Assembly (NCBI GenBank): GCA_963755715.1
Contig: CAVWLW010000073.1
Coordinates: 32,001-96,000, forward strand
Direction of reading: 5' to 3'
DNA: 64,000 bases
From: an uncultured delta proteobacterium
GTDB lineage: Bacteria > Desulfobacterota > Binatia > UBA9968
A model generated the notes under the pieces. The model ran no database searches. It worked only from the letters and a program-made list of their open reading frames with translations, and was not told where the DNA came from. This document shows, piece by piece, positions 61,183 through 64,000 of the stretch. The position numbers were made by a program, and so were the translations under genes. Position 1 is the stretch's first letter, and the number at the start of each line of letters is the position of its first letter.

Positions 61183-62088
61183 TCAGACTCCTTGCGCCGA
61201 GAAGACGATGACCAGGCGAAGAATGAAGCCGCCAATCAGAACCAATGCCGCTGCCGTGATGACGTTGCGATCGCCGAGCCATTGCCTGCGCCAGTAGAGA
61301 GCCAAAGGAATCAGCATGCCGATAACGATGACGCCGAAAAAAAGCAACAGGCCCCAAGCGCTAAACCAGGCACGAAATACCGGCCCTAGCGATATCATCA
61401 CCGCGATCAAAACAACAAACTCCAACGCGATCACCCAGGCGTCGACGCGGTGCAGCGCCGCCAACCCGGGCATTGTCCACCGGTATCTTCTTGCAAAGAG
61501 AATCATCGACGCCGCTGATATGGATGCGGCCGAAACGATAAACAGCATGCCGAGCAGAGGCGTGTCCGACCAGATGGGGCGGTTGGTCACCGCAAGTAGC
61601 ACTCCGGTGTAGCCGGCGACGTAAAAGCCAAAAAGCCCACCGACCATGGCAATCACTTTGCTCAGCGTTCCCGGGGGACGAAATTTCCGCCCCGCTGGCC
61701 ATGCCAATTGATTGTCTTCAACGAGCGCTGCCAGAAAAGATATAAAAGCAAATATTCCAAAAATCAAAAGCGCCCACGCGCCAACCGACATGGGAGACCA
61801 GAATTTAAACATCGGTTGAAAAGTGTTCGACTCGATCAACATGTGCCAGAAACGCAGCGGCCGAGTCAGATCAAGAATCAAGAGCAGCGCGCTCACAATC
61901 ACGCAGGGAAACGCTATGTAGTAACCCAGGCGGGCGAGAGGACGATCCTCCGGCCGGCCCACTAGATCGATGAGCGAAGCGAGAAAATAGCATCCGCCGG
62001 CGAGGCTTCCGAAAAAAAAGTATAAGACAATTAGCCAACCCCAGTCCGGCGGCGCGCTAAAAAATGTACTCGAAGGAATCCCGTTCAT
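61183..62088 (-). CDS. nrfD: NrfD/PsrC-family membrane anchor
   Basis: WGWLIVLYFFFG, DLTRPLRFWHML, SPMSVGAW, YTGVLL, GGFILR motifs. Confidence 0.88.
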   Translation of the reverse strand: MNGIPSSTFFSAPPDWGWLIVLYFFFGSLAGGCYFLASLIDLVGRPEDRPLARLGYYIAFPCVIVSALLLILDLTRPLRFWHMLIESNTFQPMFKFWSPMSVGAWALLIFGIFAFISFLAALVEDNQLAWPAGRKFRPPGTLSKVIAMVGGLFGFYVAGYTGVLLAVTNRPIWSDTPLLGMLFIVSAASISAASMILFARRYRWTMPGLAALHRVDAWVIALEFVVLIAVMISLGPVFRAWFSAWGLLLFFGVIVIGMLIPLALYWRRQWLGDRNVITAAALVLIGGFILRLVIVFSAQGV

Positions 62089-62890
62089 AACCGAGCCTCC
62101 TCGCGCTCCGCTGCGCCGCGGTTGCGAAAATTGAAGATACCGATCAAGCCGACCAGGACAGCGCGCCCAAGAATGGAGAACATCGTAGCCGGATGTCAGA
62201 TTGCGCGTGGGCATCTTGGGATCAGGCGGCAAGCCGTAGACTTCCGGTTTGTCCACCAGCAAGTAAAAGGAATTCAGTCCGCCGAGCATTTTTTCATCCG
62301 CGCCGTAAAGGTACGCTCTTTTTTCGCCGACCTGGTGCAGTTGCTCGACCCGCTTTTGTGCTCTTCCTTTCAGCTCGCTGATTGTCCCGAACTGGATTGA
62401 GTTGGGTCGGGCAGGCCTTCGAGCAGGCAGGCTCCAACCCGCCCTGCATCCGATCATAACAGAGCGTGCACTTCTGCGCGGTCCCTGAGACCGGGTTAAT
62501 TTCAATCACTCCAAAAGGGCAGGCCGAAATACAGTCTCGGCAGCCATTGCACGCGTCCGATTGAATCACGACCGTATCGAATTCGGTGCGAACGATCGCG
62601 CCGGTTGGACAAACTTCGAGGCAGGCCGCCTGAACGCAGTGCTTGCATACATCGCTCATCAGCAGCCAGCGGCCGTCTTTGCGGTCTTCGGTGAACTGCT
62701 CGATGAATTTCACATGGCGCCAGTGGATGCCGTCGAGCCGGCGCGTGTTGTCATAGCTGTCGCCGCTCAAGGTGTTGACGCCGCCGTTAGTGCTGGGAAG
62801 CTGATTCCATTCTTTGCAGGCGACTTCGCACGCTTTGCAGCCGATGCAGACCGTGGTGTCGGTGTAGAAGCCCATCGGTTCGGCCATCAT
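62085..62890 (-). CDS. Formate dehydrogenase beta (4Fe-4S) subunit, FdnH/FdoH-like (frameshifts near 62400 and 62180)
   Basis: DTTVCIGCKACEVACKEWN, CKHC, CNGCRDC, KCTLCYDR, PACSKACPT motifs. Confidence 0.9.
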
Positions 62891-62906
62891 TCACCTCAAT
62901 CCATTT

Positions 62907-62974
62907 AGTCCTGAGTAATGAGTGCTGAGGACTGAGGTCGCAAACTCAGTCCTCATAGCTCAGTCCTCAGTCCT
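62907..62974. repeat. Palindromic element built from 7-nt tandem repeats
   Basis: AGTCCTG AGTAATG AGTGCTG AGGACTG AG, an 8-nt loop, then CTCAGTC CTCATAG CTCAGTC CTCAGTC CT. Confidence 0.8.
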
Positions 62975-62976
62975 GC

Positions 62977-64000
62977 TCATGCTTTCTCCACGTTGCACAC
63001 AAACGCTTTTCCCTCGTGCATCGAAACGTTCGGATCGGCTATGAGCGACGTCAGCTCGTTGACCACATCGCCTTTGGAAAGTCCTTCATAACCCCAGTGC
63101 CAGGGCATGCCGACCTGGTGAATGACTTTGCCGTCAATATTGAAGGGGCGCATCCGGCGTCGTGACAAGCGCCTTGGCGCGAATCTGCGTGCGCGGGCTG
63201 GATGATCTTGCACCAGTCGAGATTCTTGATGCCTTTCTCTTGGGCTAGCTCGGGACTGATCTCAACGAACAGCTCGGGCTGCAGCTCGGCGAGCCATGGC
63301 ACCCAGCGGCTCATTCCACCCGCCAGGTAGTGTTCAGTCAGCCGGTACGTGGTCAGGACATAGGGGAACTTCGGATCGCCCAACTTGGCCAACTCGTTGC
63401 CGGGGTCCTTCCAGTATTTGTAGACCGGGCTGGTCTGTTGTTTGTAAAGCAAATTGGTGCACCGGCGACTCAACCGCTTCGTAGTGCGTCGGTAGCGGGC
63501 CGTCCACGAGCCCTCCAGGTACGTAAAGCCAACCGAGCCCGTCTGGACGCATAATAAACGGCGCCGTGCCGGGCAATGCGTCCATGCCGGCGGCGCCGGG
63601 TTTCGCTTTGTCGTTAGGCGGTTTCGCTGCGATGTAGTCCGGTACATCGTAGCCGACCCATTTTTTTGCCTCCGCGTCCCACCATACCCACTTCTTTTTT
63701 TCGCTCCACGGTTTCCCTTCGGGATCGGCGGACGCGCGGTTGTACATCACGCGCCGATTCGCCGGCCATGCCCAACCCCATTGCAATTGAGCGCCGGGTT
63801 TGCCAGGCGGGTCGGGCGTGCGCCTATCGGCGAGGTTCTTGTCAGGCGCCGGATAAACTCCCGAATAGATCCACGACGCGCAGGTCGTCGAGCCGTCATC
63901 TTTGAGGTCGCCGAAACCGACGCAGTGGCGGTTCGGATCGTCCGTAAAGAAGCCGTTGATCTCTTTCAGGATTTTTCGCATCGAAGGCTCGCCCTTCTTA
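62977..64000 (-). CDS. fdnG: Formate dehydrogenase alpha subunit, C-terminal part (FdnG-like; frameshifts near 63200 and 63460)
   Basis: CASWIYSG, WAWPANRRVMYNRASAD, GPLPTHYE, TTYRLTEH, ELQPELFVEIS, HQVGMPWHWG, EGKAFVCNV motifs. Confidence 0.92.

Noticed and set aside
61183-62505. 440 aa fusion of the beta-subunit C-terminus with NrfD in the ORF track
   Set aside because: Best explained by frameshifts in the beta gene; NrfD has its own GAGG RBS and ATG at 62088.

Overview
Bacterial chromosomal window with GC-rich flanks. Its gene content (several TctC/Bug proteins, an LLM oxidoreductase, an ABC substrate-binding protein, GST, a free lipoyl domain) suggests a Binatota/Deltaproteobacteria-like organism; this is inference. 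Many genes are split by single-base frameshifts, which most likely reflects uncorrected long-read errors. From left to right: (1) pgm and transport/oxidoreductase genes; (2) an apparent phosphate-starvation block (phytase-like protein, GlpQ, Agt-like GT4, a class-III aminotransferase fused to an Mpo1/DUF962-like membrane domain, a plant-type PLMT methyltransferase, PAP2) with 11-bp-periodic Pho-box-like repeats; (3) miscellaneous housekeeping genes and a GGDEF relic; (4) a ~30 kb, visibly more AT-rich glycan locus starting at a sigma-54 promoter (GH2-GT2 fusion, ABC exporter, three paralogous uncharacterised GT-B-like proteins, methyl-, acyl- and sulfotransferases, a deacetylase, GT-C and GT4 enzymes). 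Inside it sits an orphan dndB (DGQHR) gene with six AGCTG motifs at 22-23 bp spacing across its promoter; (5) a CaCA antiporter, a candidate sRNA and the 3' part of a formate dehydrogenase operon with an NrfD-type anchor. No rRNA, tRNA, CRISPR array, transposase or integrase was recognised.
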